Source of the DNA: the human T2T-CHM13v2.0 reference genome, Homo sapiens
Length of the DNA stretch: 64,000 nt
Assembly: GCF_009914755.1 (NCBI RefSeq)
Contig: NC_060948.1
Reading direction: 5' to 3' (one strand)
The notes beneath the pieces were generated by a model. The model was not told the origin of the DNA. It ran no database searches and worked only from the letters and a program-made list of their open reading frames with translations. A program made the translations under genes and the position numbers. Below are positions 38,977-57,717 of this stretch, one piece after another (the first letter of the stretch is position 1; the number at the start of each line of letters is the position of its first letter).

Positions 38977-41102
38977 AGATCCATATTTTTTAAATGAAAA
39001 AAAATTTCAAAGGTACTCTGCTTGGTACAATAATCAAATGTATAAACTGAGGAATAAAACATAACCATGAAACCTACTTATAACTGCATATGGAAAATAC
39101 AGAGGATAATTTTTTAAATAACATATTTTGAAAGCCTTAACTAGTAATTTGAAGAGTTGGCATTTGAAAGGCCAGTATGAATATACCTTCAAAGCAGCAA
39201 CACAGGTTCCCCATGAGAAAAAGCAAACGCAGGGAAAATAAAAACACAAAGGTTCAATCTCTTCTGACCTTTGAAAGACACAGCACAGACAGTGGTCGTT
39301 AGGACGAAGAGCAGGAGACCCCTAATTCCGTCACCATGGCAATAGGGCATAAACATTGCTGGGTGAGGGCACAATCAACATTGTGAGGTCCAACTGCTGC
39401 CAGGAAGACAGGAGTGCTTTTACATAGACCGAAAGGTCATTGAAGGCTCAGAGCTTTGTTTCAAGAACTGAATCCCAAGCCGACACGTTATTAGGCTGCG
39501 CTTCTTAAAACAAGTTATGAGATGGGAAAAAGGGCACCCACAAACATACGTATACATTATGTATATAATAATATACAGTATCATATATATAATATATATA
39601 ACCTATGTATAATATTGTTTTACATCCTGCATCTTATGTTATATATATTGTATAAAATATAATAATTGATAATATATAACTTTTATATTTATACAATATG
39701 ACATATAGTATATATTATAATTTATGACATATATAATATATGTTATATATCATATATAGAATATATTATACGGTTAATATACGTATTAAATATAAATTAT
39801 ACATTATATATATTATATATAATATATCTGTTATATATAATACCCGTTATGCAAAATATATATATTATGTCTATGTTATATATAGTATAAAACAACATAT
39901 AATAATATATAATTGTATATATAAAATGCGACATATAATATATATTATATTTTATGATATATGTAATATATATTATATATTATATATAATACGTTGTACG
40001 TATAATAACTATATTAAATATATATTATATGACTATGTTATTAATTACATGTCACATGTGTTATATATTATATATTTTACATAGAATATACCGGTTACAT
40101 ACAATATATACTATGTTACCTATAATGTATAATTGATTACATGTAAAATAAAGAATGCAATATATTATGAATAATTTATAATATACAATATGTGGAATGT
40201 GATATATATAACATATAATATATGATATATGATATACAGTATACGATATATAACATACAATATATGATACCTAACATATATGGTATACAATATATATTTT
40301 ATGATATGTATTCTATATGTTTTATATTCTGTTGTATATAACTATTTGAAATTATATATAACTGTATAATATTTTATGTAAATATGTAATATAATATATA
40401 TAACTATATAATATATTATATATAACTATATATTATGTTATATATACTTTTATAACATAATTTACATAAAATATCATAATATAATATATATTATATTATT
40501 TCATATTACATAATATATATTACATATCACCCAATATAAGTAACATACATAATATTATAATATAGATTATATTATGTTATATTAAATATCATATATATCA
40601 TGTATCATATATTCTATAATATATATTATACATTATATAATATGTATGTTTTCTATTATGTGATATATATAACTATATATATAATTATATTATTATACAT
40701 ATAACTGGATAAACATGTAATTCTACATATTTTCATTTATAATATATAGAATTATATAACCATATAGATTTATTTATATTCTATAAAAAATTATATCATT
40801 ATATAAATTATAATATATAAAAATTATAATATGTACTACAAATATATATATTATATATCATATATGATATAGTACCTTTGTTATATATCATAATACATAT
40901 AAATGTGTATTATGTTATCTATAATTATATAATTTCATATCTAAGATGTATAATATGTATTATATATTATATATGTTATGCTATATATTGTATATTTAAG
41001 CTGACACAGGATAAATATTATATACTATGACATATAAAATATATGAGGTTATATGTTACATATAAGGCATAGCACATAACATGTAATATATATCATATAT
41101 AA

Positions 41103-41394
<292 letters not shown>

Positions 41395-43521
41395 AGATCC
41401 ATATTTTTTAAATGAAAAAAAATTTCAAAGGTACTCTGCTTGGTACAATAAACAAATGTATAAACTGAGGAATAAAACATAACCATGAAACCTACTTATA
41501 ACTGCATATGGAAAATACAGAGGATAATTTTTTAAATAACATATTTTGAAAGCCTTAACTAGTAATTTGAAGAGTTGGCATTTGAAAGGCCAGTATGAAT
41601 ATACCTTCAAAGCAGCAACACAGGTTCCCCATGAGAAAAAGCAAACTCAGGGAAAATGAAACCACAAAGGTTCAATCTCTTCTGACCTTTGAAAGACACA
41701 GCACAGACAGTGGTCCTTAGGACGAAGAGCAGGAGACCCCTAATTCCGTCACCATGGCGATAGGGCATAAACATTGCTGGGTGAGGGCACAATCCACATT
41801 GTGAGGTCCAACTGCTGCCAGGAAGACAGGAGTGCTTTTACATAGACCGAAAGGTCATTGAAGGCTCAGAGTTTTGTTTCAAGAACTGAATCCCAAGCCC
41901 ACACGTTATTAGGCTGCGCTTCTTAAAACAAGTTATGAGATGGGAAAAAGGGCACCCACAAACATACGTATACATTATGTATATAATAATATACAGTATC
42001 ATATATATAATATATATAACCTATGTATAATATTGTTTTACATCCTGCATCTTATGTTATATATATTATATAAAATATAATAATTGATAATATATAATTT
42101 TGTATTTATACAATATGACATATAGTATATATTATAATTTATGACATATATAATATATGTTTTATATCATATATAGAATATATTATACGGTTAATATACG
42201 TATTAAATATAAATTATACATTATATATATTATATATAATATATCTGTTATATATAATACACATTATGCATAATATATATGTTATGTCTATGTTATATAT
42301 AGTATAAAACAACATATAATAATATATAATTGTTTATATAAAATGCGACATATAATATATATTTTATTTTATGACATATGTAATATATATTATATATTAT
42401 ATATAAAACGTTGTATGTATAATACCTATATTAAATATATATTATATGACTATGTTATTAATTACATGTCACATGTGTTATATATTATATATTTTACATA
42501 GAATATACCGGTTACATACAATATATACTATGTTACCTATAATGTATAATTGATTACATGTAAAATAAAGAATGCAATATATTATGAATAATTTATAATA
42601 TACAATATGTGGAATGTGATATATATAACATATAATATATGATATATGATATACAGTATATGATATATAACATACAATATATGATACCTAATATATATGG
42701 TATACAATATATATTTTATGATATGTATTCTATATGTTTTATATTCTGTTGTATATAACTATTTGAAATTATATATAACTGTATAATATTTTATGTAAAT
42801 ATGTAATATAATATATATAACTATATAATATATTATATATAACTATATATTATGTTATATATACTTTTATAACATAATTTACATAAAATATCATAATATA
42901 ATATATAATATATTATTTCATATTACATAATATATCTTACATATCAGCCAATATAAGTAACATACTTAATATTATAATATAGATTATATTATGTTATATT
43001 AAATATCATATATATCATGTATCATATATTCTATAATATATATTATACATTATATAATATGTATGTTGTTTATTATGTGATATATATAACTATATATATA
43101 AATTTATTATTATACATATAACTGGATAAACATGTAATTCTACATATTTTCATTTATAATATATAGAAATATATAATCATATATAATTATTTATATTCTA
43201 TAAAAAATTATATCATTATATAAATTATAATATATAAAAATTTTTATATGTACTACAAATATATATATTATATATCATATATGATATAGTACCTTTGTTA
43301 TATATCATAATACATATAAATGTGTATTATGTTATCTATAATTATATAATTTCATATATAAGATGTATAATATGTATTATTTATTATATATGTTATGTAA
43401 TATATATAGTATATATAAGCTGACACAGGATAAATATTATATACTATGACATATAAAATATATGAGGTTATATGTTACATATAAGGCATAGCACATAACA
43501 TGTAATATATATCATATATAA

Positions 43522-43813
<292 letters not shown>

Positions 43814-45640
43814 AGATCCATATTTTTTAAATGAAAAAAAATTTCAAAGGTACTCTGCTTGGTACAATAATCAAATGTATAAACTGAGGAATAAAACATA
43901 ACCATGAAACCTACTTATAACTGCATATGGAAAATACAGAGGATAATTTTTTAAATAACATATTTTGAAAGCCTTAACTAGTAATTTGAAGAGTTGGCAT
44001 TTGAAAGGCCAGTATGAATATTCCTTCAGAGCAGCAACACAGGTTCCCCATGAGAAAAAGCAAACTCAGGGAAAATGAAACCACAAAGGTTCAATCTCTT
44101 CTGACCTTTGAAAGACACAGCACAGACAGTGGTCCTTAGGACGAAGAGCAGGAGACCCCTAATTCCGTCACCATGGCGATAGGGCATAAACATTGCTGGG
44201 TGAGGGCACAATCCACATTGTGAGGTCCAACTGCTGCCAGGAAGACAGGAGTGCTTTTACATAGACCGAAAGGTCATTGAAGGCTCAGAGTTTTGTTTCA
44301 AGAACTGAATCCCAAGCCCACACGTTATTAGGCTGCGCTTCTTAAAACAAGTTATGAGATGGGAAAAACGGCACCCACAAACATACGTATACATTATGTA
44401 TATAATAATATACAGTATCATATATATAATATATATAACCTGTATATAATATTGTTTTACATCCTGCATCTTATATTATATATATTGTGTAAAATATAAT
44501 AATTGATAATATATAAGTTTTATATTTATACAATATGACATATAGTATATATTATAATTTATGACATATATAATATATGTTATATATAATATATAGAATA
44601 TATTATACGGTTAATATACGTATTAAATATAAATTATACATTATATATATTATATATAATATATCTGTTATATATAATACCCATTATACAAAATATATAT
44701 ATTATGTCTATGTTTTATATAGTATAAACCAACATATAATAATATATAATTGTATATATAAAATGTGACATATAATATATATTATATTTTATGACATATG
44801 TAACATGTATTATATATTATATATATTACGTTGTATGTATAATACCTATATTAAATATATATTATATGACGATGTTATTAATTACATGTCACATATGTTA
44901 TATATTATATATTTTACATGGAATATACCGGTTACATATAATATATACTATGTTACCTATAATGTATAATTTATTACATGTAATATAATGAATGTCATAT
45001 ATTATATATAATTTATAATATACAATATGTGGAATGTGATATATATAACATATATGATATATGATATAAAGTATATGATATATAACATACAATATATGAT
45101 ACGTAATATATATGGTATACAATATATATTTTATGATATGTATTCTATATGTTTTATATTCTGTTATATATAACTATTTGAAATTATATATAACTGTATA
45201 ATATTTTATGTAAATATGTAATATAATATATATAACTATATAATATATTATATATAACTATATTTTATGTTATATATACTTTTATAACATAATTTACATA
45301 AAATATAATAATATAAAATATATTATATTATTTCATATTACATAATATATATTCAATATCACCCAATATAAGTAACATACATACTATTAAAATATAGATT
45401 ATATTATGTTATATTAAAGATCATATATATCATGTATCATATATTCTATAATATATATTATGCATTATATAATATGCATGTTGTCTATTATGTGATATAT
45501 ATAACTATATATATAATTGTATTATTATACATATAACTATATAAACATGTAATTCTATATATTTTCATTTATAATATATAGAATTATATAATCATAATTA
45601 TTTATATTCTATAAAAAATTATATCATTATATAAATTATA

Positions 45641-47517
<1,877 letters not shown>

Positions 47518-49614
47518 AGATCCATATTTTTTAAATGAAAAAAAATTTCAAAGGTACTCTGCTTGGTACAGTAATCAAATCTATAAACTGAGGAATAAAA
47601 CATAACCGTGAAACATACTTATAACTGCATATGGAAAATACAGAGTATAATTTTTTAAAATAACATATTTTGAAAGCCTTAACTAGTAATTTGAAGAGTT
47701 TGCATTTGAAAGGCCAGTATGAATATACCTTCAAAGCAGCAACACAGGTTCCAAATGAGAACAATCAAACTCAGGGAAAATAAAACCACAAATGTTCACT
47801 CTGTTCTGACCTTTGAAAAACACAGCACAGACAGTGGCACTTAGGACCAAGAGCAGGAGATCCCCAATCCCGTCACCATGGCGATAGGGTATAAACATTG
47901 CGGGGTGAGGGCACAATGCACATTGTGAGGTCCAATTGCTGCCAGGAAGACAGGAGTGCTTTTACATAGACCGAAAGGTCATTGAAGGCTCAGATTTTCG
48001 TTTCAAAAACTGAATCCCAAGCCCACACGTTATTATGCTGCGCTTCTTAAAACAAGTTATGAGAAGGGAAATAGGGCACCCACAACATACGTATATAGTA
48101 TGTATATAATAATATACACTATCATATATATAATATATATAACCTATGTATAATATTGTTTTACATCCTGCATCTTATATTATATATATTATATGTAATA
48201 TAATAATTGATAATATATAAGTTTATATTTATACAATATGACATATAATATATATTATATTTTATGACATATATAATATAGATTATATATCATATATAGA
48301 ATATACTATATGGTTAATATACGTATTAAATATATAATATACATTATATGTATTATATCTACGTTATATATAACATTAACTATAGATAATATATATATTA
48401 TATCTAGCTTATATATAATATAATATAACAGATAATTATATATAATTGTATATATAAAATATGACATATAATATATATTATATTTTATGACATATATATC
48501 ATATATATTATATATTATATATAATATGTTGTATGTATAATACATATATTATATATATATTATAAGTCTAAATTATTAATTATATGTAATATATGTTATA
48601 TATTACATATTTTACATTTCATACACATGTTACATACAATATATACTATGTTACATGTTACCTAGAATTTATTATATATAATATAATGTATGTCATATAT
48701 TATATATACTTTATAGTATGCAATATGTGGAATGTGATATATATAACATGTAATATATGATATATGATATACGATATATGATATATAATATACAATATAT
48801 GATACATTTTATATATGGTATACAATATATATTTTATGATATATATTATATATGTTTTATATTATATTATACATAACCATTTAATTATATATAACTCTAT
48901 AATATTGTAGGTAAATATATAATATAATACATATAACCATATATTATGTTATTTATAATTTTATTACGTACATTCAATAATATATCATAATATAATATAT
49001 ATTATATTATATTATTTTATATTACATAATATATATTATATATCACATAGTATGTGTTACATACATAATATTTAAATATATATTACATTATGATATATTA
49101 AATATTATATATATTATGTATGCTATACTGTATAATATATATTATATATTATATAATATGCAGGGTGTCTATTATATGATATATATTATAATATATATAA
49201 TTATATTATACATATAACGATATAAATATGTAATTATATTTAACATTATTTATATTACATATAGTTATATAATCATATATAATAATTTATATTATAAAAG
49301 TAATTATATCATTATATAAATTATAGTATATATAAATTATAATATGTGATAAATAATATATATTATATATCATATATGATATAGCATATATGTTATATAT
49401 CATATTATATATCAATTTACGTTATGATATCTATAATTATATATTTTCATATATAAGATGTATAATATGAATTATATATTATATATGTTATTAAATATAT
49501 ACTTTATATAAAATGACACAGGATAAATGTTATATATTATGACATATGATATATATGCGGTTATATATTATATATGAAGCATATTACATAACATATAATA
49601 TATATCATATATAA

Positions 49615-49906
<292 letters not shown>

Positions 49907-51379
49907 AGATCCATATTTTTTAAATGAAAAAAAATTTCAAAGTTATTCTGCTTGGTACAATAATCAAATATATAAACTGAGGGTTAAAACATAACCTTGG
50001 AACATATTTATAAGTGCATATGGATAATACAGAGGATAATTTTTTAAATAACATATTTTGAAAGCATTAACTAGTAATTTGAAGAGTTGGCATTTGAAAG
50101 GCCAGTATGAATATACCTTCAAAGCAGCAACACAGGTTCCCCATGAGAACAAGCAAACTCAGGGAAAATAAAACCACAAAGGTTCAATCTTTTCTGACCT
50201 TTGAAAGACACAGCACAGACAGTGGTCCTTAGGACGAAGAGCAGGAGACCCCTAATTCCGTCACCATGGCGATAGGGCATAAACATTGCTGGGTGAGGGC
50301 ACAATCCACATTGTGAGGTCCAACTGCTGCCAGGAAGACAGGAGTGCTTTTACATAGACCCAAAGGTCATTGAAGGCTCAGTGTTTTGTTTCAAAAACTG
50401 AATCCCAAGCCCACACGTTATCATGCTGTGCTTCTTAAAAAAAGTTATGAGATGGGAAATAGGGCACCCACAATTATATCTATACATTATGTATATAATA
50501 ATATATAGAATCATATATATAATATATGTAACATATATATATAATACTGTTTTACATCCTGCAGTTATATTATATATATTATATGTATTATAATAACTGG
50601 TAATATATAAGTATTATATTTATACACTATAACATATAATAATTATATTTTATGCCGTATATAATATATATTATATATCATATACCAAATATATTATATG
50701 GTTAATATACGTATTAAATATATAATATACATTATAAATATTATATCTACGTTATATATAACATTCACTATAGTTAATATATATATTATATCTAGCTTAT
50801 ATATAATATAAAATAACATATAATAATATATAACTGTATATATAAAATATGACATATAATATATATTATATTTTATGACATATATATGATATGTATTATA
50901 TATTATATATAATATGTTGTAAGTATAATACATGTATTAAATATATATTATATGTATATGTTATTAATTATATGTAATATATGTTATATATTACATATTT
51001 GATATAGAATACACATGTTACATAGAATATATTCTATGTTACATATAACGTAGAATTTATTATGTGTAATATAATGTATGGCATATATTATAAATTCCTT
51101 ATAATATACAATATGTGGAATGTGATATATATAACTTGTAATATATGATATATGATATACAATATATGTTATATAACATACAATATATGATACATAATAT
51201 ATATGGTATAGAATATATATTTTATGTTATATATTATATATGTTTTATATTTTATTATATATAAATATTTAAAATTATATAAAACTGTATAATGTTATAC
51301 GTAAATATATAATATACTACATATAACCATATATTATGTTATATAAAATTTTATTACATACTTTCCATAATATATCATA

Positions 51380-54158
51380 TGGATTCCTTTGGAATGGTCT
51401 AGTATGCAATGCAATCGACTGGCAGGGAATTAAAAGGAATGCAATCGAATGGATTGCACAGGAATGCAATGGACTCGAATAGATTGGAAACAGAATGCAA
51501 AGGAAAGGAATGGAATAGTATGGAATGGAATGGAAAGGAATGGAGTGGAATAGACTAGAGTAGAATGGAATTTACTCGAAAGCAATGGACTGGAATAGAA
51601 CTTTCTTGAATGGGCTGGAATCAAACGGAATGGAATGCTGTGCAATCAAATAGAATGAAAGAGAATCAAATCCAATCGAATGGATTGGAAAGGAATTGAC
51701 TGAAATGGAATGGACTAGAATGGAAGGCAAAGGAATGGAATCTATAGGAATGGACTGTAATGGAATGGAATGGAAGGGATTGGAATGGAATCGAATGGAA
51801 TGGACTGCAATAGAAAGGATTCGAATGGAATGGAAAAGAATTGAATGGAATAGAACAGAATGGAATCAAATCGAATGAAATGGAATGGAATAGAAAGGAT
51901 TCGAATGGAATGCAATCGAACGGAATGGAATCGAACGGAATGGAATAAAATGGAAGAAAACTGGCAAGAAATGGAATCGAAATGAATGGAGTGTTATGGA
52001 ACGGACTCAAAAGGAATTGAATGTAATAGAATGGAGTGGAGTGGACTCGAATATAATGGACTGGAATGGAATGAAATCACATGGAATGGGAACGAATGGA
52101 ATGGAATGGAAAGGAATGGAATCGAATGGAAAGGAATCGAATGGAAGGGAATGAAATTGAATCAACAGGAATGGAAGGGAATAGAATAGACGGTAATGGA
52201 ATGGACTCGAATAGAATGGACACGAATGCTCAAATTGAATGGACTCGAATGGAATGGAAACGAAAGGAATGTCATCGAATGTAATTGAATCGATTGGAAT
52301 GAAATCGCATAGAATGGAGTGGAATCAAATGGAATTGAGTCGAAAGGAAAGGAAGCGAATGGACTGAAATGAAATGGAATGGAATTGAATGGAAAGTAAT
52401 GCAATGGAATAGAATGGAACGAAATTTCACGGAATGGAATCAAACTGAATGGAATCAAATCAATGGAATCAAATCAAATGGAATGGAAAGGAATTGAATG
52501 GAGTAGATGGCATTGGATGGGATTGGAATGAAATGTACTGGAAAGAACTCGAATTTCATGAAACGGAATGGAATGAATTGGAACGGAATGGACTCGAATG
52601 GAATGGAATGTCATGGAATGGCATCAAATGGAATGGCATCAAATGCAATGGAATCGAATGCAATAGAATGCTATGGAATGGAATGGAATGCATTGGAATG
52701 GAATGTCCTCTAATGGAATGGATTCGAGTGGAATGGAATCGAATATAATGGAGTCGAATGAAATGGAATTGAAAGGAATGGGACCGAATACAATGGAATA
52801 TACTGGAATGTAATGTAATGAACTCGAATGTAATTGACTGCAATGGAATGTACATGAATGGAATGTAATCGAATGGAAAGTAATCCAATGGAATAGAATC
52901 TAAAGCAATAAAATCGACTCAAATAGAATAGAATGTAATGGAATGGAGTGCAGTGCAATGGAATGGAATGGAATGGAATGCAGAGGAATGGAATGGAATG
53001 GAATGCAATGGAATGGAATGTATTAGAATGTAATGAACATTAATGGAATGTACTCGAATGGATTCGACTGGAATGGAATGTTCTGGAAGTTTATGGACTC
53101 CAATGGAATAGATTCGAAAGGAATGGTATCGAAAGGAATGGAATCTAATGGAATGGAATTAAATGGAAATGAATCAAATTGAATAGCACGGAATTGAATT
53201 GAATGGAATAGAATGCAATGTAATCTAATGAAACAGAAAGGAAAGGAATGGAATGGAATGGAATGGGCTGGAATGGAATGGAATCAAAACGAATGGAATG
53301 GAATCGAACTAAAGAGACTGGAATGGAATGCACTGGAATGGAAGGGAGTGTAATGGAAGGTTCTCGAAAAAAATGGAATCGAATGGAATGGAATTGAATG
53401 GAACGGAATAGAGTCGAATGGAATTGAATGGAATGGAATGGACTAGAGTGAAATGGAATCGAACCACAAGGAATGGACAGGAATAGAATGGTCTCGAATT
53501 GAATGGAATCGTATGGAATGGCATCAAACGGAATGGAATGGACAGCCACGGAATGGAATGCACTCGAATGCAATGGAGTCGAAACTAATGGACTGGAATA
53601 GAATGGACTCGACTGGTACGGACTCCAATGGAATGGAATCGAATGGAAGGGAATCGAACGGAATGGACTCGAAGGGAAAAGACTGCAATGGAAAGGTCTC
53701 GAATGGAATGGAAATTAATGGAATGGAATGGAATCGAATGAAGTGGAGTCAAAAGGAATGGAATCGAATGGCAAGAAATCGAATGTAATGGAATCGCAAG
53801 GAATTGATGTGAACGGAACGGAATGGAATGGAATCCAAAGGAATGGAATAGGATGGAATGGAATCAAATGGAAAGGACTCGAATGGAAATCACTCGAATA
53901 GAATGCAATTTAATAAAATAGGATCAAATGTAATGGAATGGAATGGAAAGGAATCGAAACGAAAGGAATGGAGACAGATGGAATGGAATGGAACAGAGAG
54001 CAATGGTATAGAATGGAATGGAATCATCTGGAATGGAATTGAATGGAATGCAATAACATGAAATGGAATGGAATGGAATGGAATGCCCTTGAATTAAATG
54101 GACTGGAATGGAATGGACTCGAACAGAGTGGAATGGAAAGTGTTGAAATAGAATGGAA
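51380..54158 (+). repeat. DYZ1 unit 1 (2779 bp, internally deleted, diverged junction unit)
   Basis: Landmark spacing 51388 to 54167 = 2779. Lacks the segment found at ~55880-56540 in unit 2 and has several smaller deletions. Confidence 0.9.
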
Positions 54159-54376
54159 TGGACTCGTTTGGAATGGTCTAGTATGCAATGCAATCGACTG
54201 GCAGGGAATCAAAAGGAATGTAATCGAATGGATTGGACTGGAATGCAATGGACTCGAATAGATTGGAAACGGAATGCAAAGGAATGGAATGGAATAGTAT
54301 GGAATGGAATGGAAAGGAATGGAGTGGAATAGACTAGAGTGGAATGGAATGGACTCAAAAGCAATGGACTGGAATG

Positions 54377-54389
54377 GAACTTTCTTGAA
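54377..54389. promoter_or_regulatory. Perfect heat-shock element GAActTTCttGAA (also at 51598, 57936, 61465)
   Basis: Exact match to GAAnnTTCnnGAA; function inferred from motif only. Confidence 0.55.
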
Positions 54390-56619
54390 TGGACTGGAAT
54401 CAAACGGAATGGAATGCAATGCAATCAAATGGCATGGAATAAAATAGAATGAAAGAGAATCAAATGGAATTGAATGGAATGGAATCGAATGGATTGGAAA
54501 GGAATAGAATGGAATGGAATGGAATTGACTCAAATGGAATGGAATAGAATGGAATGGATTCGAATGGAAGGCAAAGGAATGGAATCTATTGGAATGGACT
54601 GTAATGGAATGGAATGGAAGGGATTGGAATGGACTCGAATGGAATGGACTGCAATAGAAAGGATTCGAATGGAATGAAAAAGAATTGAATGGAATAGAAC
54701 AGAATGGAATCAAATCGAATGAAATGGAATGGAATAGAAAGGAATGGAATGAAATGGAATGGAAAGGATTCGAATGGAATGCAATCGAATGGAATGGAAT
54801 CGAACGGAATGGAATAAAATGGAAGAAAACTGGCAAGAAATGGAATCGAAATGAATGGAGTGTTATGGAACGGACTCAAAAGGAATTGAATGTAATAGAA
54901 TGGAGTGGAGTGGACTCGAATATAATGGACTGGAATGGAATGAAATCACATGGAATGGGAACGAATGGAATGGAATGGAAAGGAATGGAATCGAATGGAA
55001 AGGAATGGAATGGAAGGGAATGAAACTGAATCAACAGGAATGGACTGGAGTAGAATAGACGGTAATGGAATGGACTCGAATAGAATGGACACGAATGCAC
55101 AAATTGAATGGACTCGAATGGAATGGAAACGAAAGGAATGTCATCGAATGGAATTGAATCGATTGGAATGAAATCGCATAGAATGGAGTGGAATCAAATG
55201 GAATTGAATCGAAAGGAAAGGAAGCGAATGGACTGAAATGGAATGGAATTGAATGGAAAGTAATGCAATGGAATAGAATGGAATGAAATTTCACGGAATG
55301 GAATCAAACTGAATGGAATGAAATCAATGGAATATAATCAAATGGAATGGAAAGGAATTGAATGGAGTAGATTGGATTGGATGGGATTGGAATGAAATGG
55401 AATGGAAAGGACTCGAATTTCATGAAACGGAATGGAATGAATTGGAACGGAATGGACTCGAATGGAATGGAATGTCATGGAATTGCATCAAATGGAATGG
55501 CATCAAAGGGAATGGAATCGAATGCAATGGAATGCTATGGAATGGAATGGAATGCATTGGAATGGAATGTCCTCTAATGGAATGGATTCGAGTGGAATGG
55601 AATCGAATATAATGGAGTCGAATGAAATGGAATTGAAAGGAATGGGATCGAATACAATGGAATATACTGGAATGTAACGTAATGAACTCGAATGTAATTG
55701 ACTGGAATGGAATGTACACGAATGGAATGTAATCGAATGGAAAGTAATCCAATGGAATAGAATCTAATGCAAAAAAATCGACTCAAATAGAATAGAATGC
55801 AATGGAATGGAGTGCAGTGCAATGGAATGGAATGGAATGGAATGCAATGGAATGGAATGGAATGGAATGGAATGCAATGGGATGGAATGGTATGGAATGG
55901 ATAGTAATGGACTGGAGTGAAATGGACTGGAAAGGAATGGACTCAAATTGAAAGGTCTCGAAAGGAATGGAGTCAAATGGAATGGTCTGGAATGGAATGA
56001 ACACGAATGTAATGCAATCCAATAGAATGGAATCGAATGGCATGGAATATAAAGAAATGGAATCGAAGAGAATGGAAACAAATGGAATGGAATTGAATGG
56101 AATGGAATTGAATGGAATGGGAACGAATGGAGTGAAATTGTATGCAGTAGAAGAGAATAGAATGGAATGCAAGCGAAAGGAAAGGAATGGATTGGAATGG
56201 AATGGAATTCATTGGAATGGAAGGGAATGTAGTGTAATGGACAGGCCTGGAATAAAGTGGAATGCTACGGTCTCGAATGGAATAAAAATGTATGGAATGG
56301 AATGCAATGAAACGGAATCGAATGTCATAGAATGTAATGGAATGCAAAAAAATGGAATCCAAAATCATTGACTGGAAAGGCTGGGTGTCGAAAGGAATTG
56401 ACTCCAATGGAATGGAATCGAATGGAATGGAAGTGAATAGAATCGAACTAAATCGAATGGAATGGAATTGATAGGAACGGAATGGAAAGGAATGCAATGA
56501 TTTGGCATGGAATGGAATCGAATGGCATCGAATGGAATGGAATGGAATGCAATGGAATGGAATGTATTAGAATGTAATGAACTTGAATGGAATGTACTCG
56601 AATGGATTCGACTGGAATG

Positions 56620-56632
56620 GAATGTTCTGGAA
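56620..56632. promoter_or_regulatory. Perfect heat-shock element GAAtgTTCt(g/c)GAA (also at 53076, 60174, 63703)
   Basis: Exact match to GAAnnTTCnnGAA; function inferred from motif only. Confidence 0.55.
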
Positions 56633-56899
56633 GTGAATGGACTCCAATGGAATGGATTCAAAAGGAATGGAATCGTACGGAATGGAATCTAATGGAATGG
56701 AATTAAATGGAAATGAATCAAATTGAATAGCACGGAATTGAATTGAATGGAATGGAATGCAATGGAATCTAATGAAACGGAAATGAAAGGAATGGAATGG
56801 AATGGAATGGGCTGGAATGGAAAGGAATCGAAACGAATGGAATGGAATCGAACTGAAGAGACTGGAATGGAATGCACTGGAATGGAAGGGAGTGTAATG

Positions 56900-56912
56900 G
56901 AAGGTTCTCGAA
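56900..56912. promoter_or_regulatory. Perfect heat-shock element GAAggTTCtcGAA (also at 53356, 60444, 63973)
   Basis: Exact match to GAAnnTTCnnGAA; function inferred from motif only. Confidence 0.55.
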
Positions 56913-57717
56913 AAAAATGGAATCGAATGGAATGGAATTGAATGGAACGGAATAGAGTCGAATGGAATTGAATGGAATGGAATGGACTAGAGTGAAATGG
57001 AATCGAACCACAAGGAATGGACAGGAATAGAATGGTCTCGAATTGAATGGAATCGTATGGAATGGCATCAAACGGAATGGAATGGACAGCCACGGAATGG
57101 AATGCACTCGAATGCAATGGAGTCGAAACTAATGGACTGGAATAGAATGGACTCGACTGGTACGGACTCCAATGGAATGGAATCGAATGGAAGGGAATCG
57201 AACGGAAGGGAATCGAACGGAATGGACTCGAAGGGAAAAGACTGCAATGGAAAGGTCTCGAATGGAATGGAAATTAATGGAATGGAATGGAATCGAATGA
57301 AATGGAGTCAAAAGGAATGGAATCGAATGGCAAGAAATCGAATGTAATGGAATCGCAAGGAATTGATGTGAACGGAACGGAATGGAATGGAATCCAAAGG
57401 AATGGAATAGAATGGAATGGAATCGAATGGAAAGGACTCGAATGGAAATCACTCGAATAGAATGCAATTTAATAAAATAGGATCAAATGTAATGGAATGG
57501 AATGGAAAGGAATCGAAACGAAAGGAATGGAGACAGATGGAATGGAATGGAACAGAGAGCAATGGTATAGAATGGAATGGAATCATCTGGAATGGAATTG
57601 AATGGAATGGAATAATATGAAATGGAATGGAATGGAATGGAATGCCCTTGAATTAAATGGACTGGAATGGAATGGACTCGAACAGAGTGGAATGGAAAGT
57701 GTTGAAATAGAATGGAA

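Larger units (their letters stand above)
54159..57717 (+). repeat. DYZ1 unit 2 (3559 bp)
   Basis: Landmark spacing 54167 to 57726; unit phase defined by the junction. Confidence 0.9.

Noticed and set aside
51113-51123. tgtggaatgtg in the AT block as a possible homology seed for the DYZ1 junction
   Set aside because: The junction lies ~260 bp further on, at 51379/51380, and does not use this motif.
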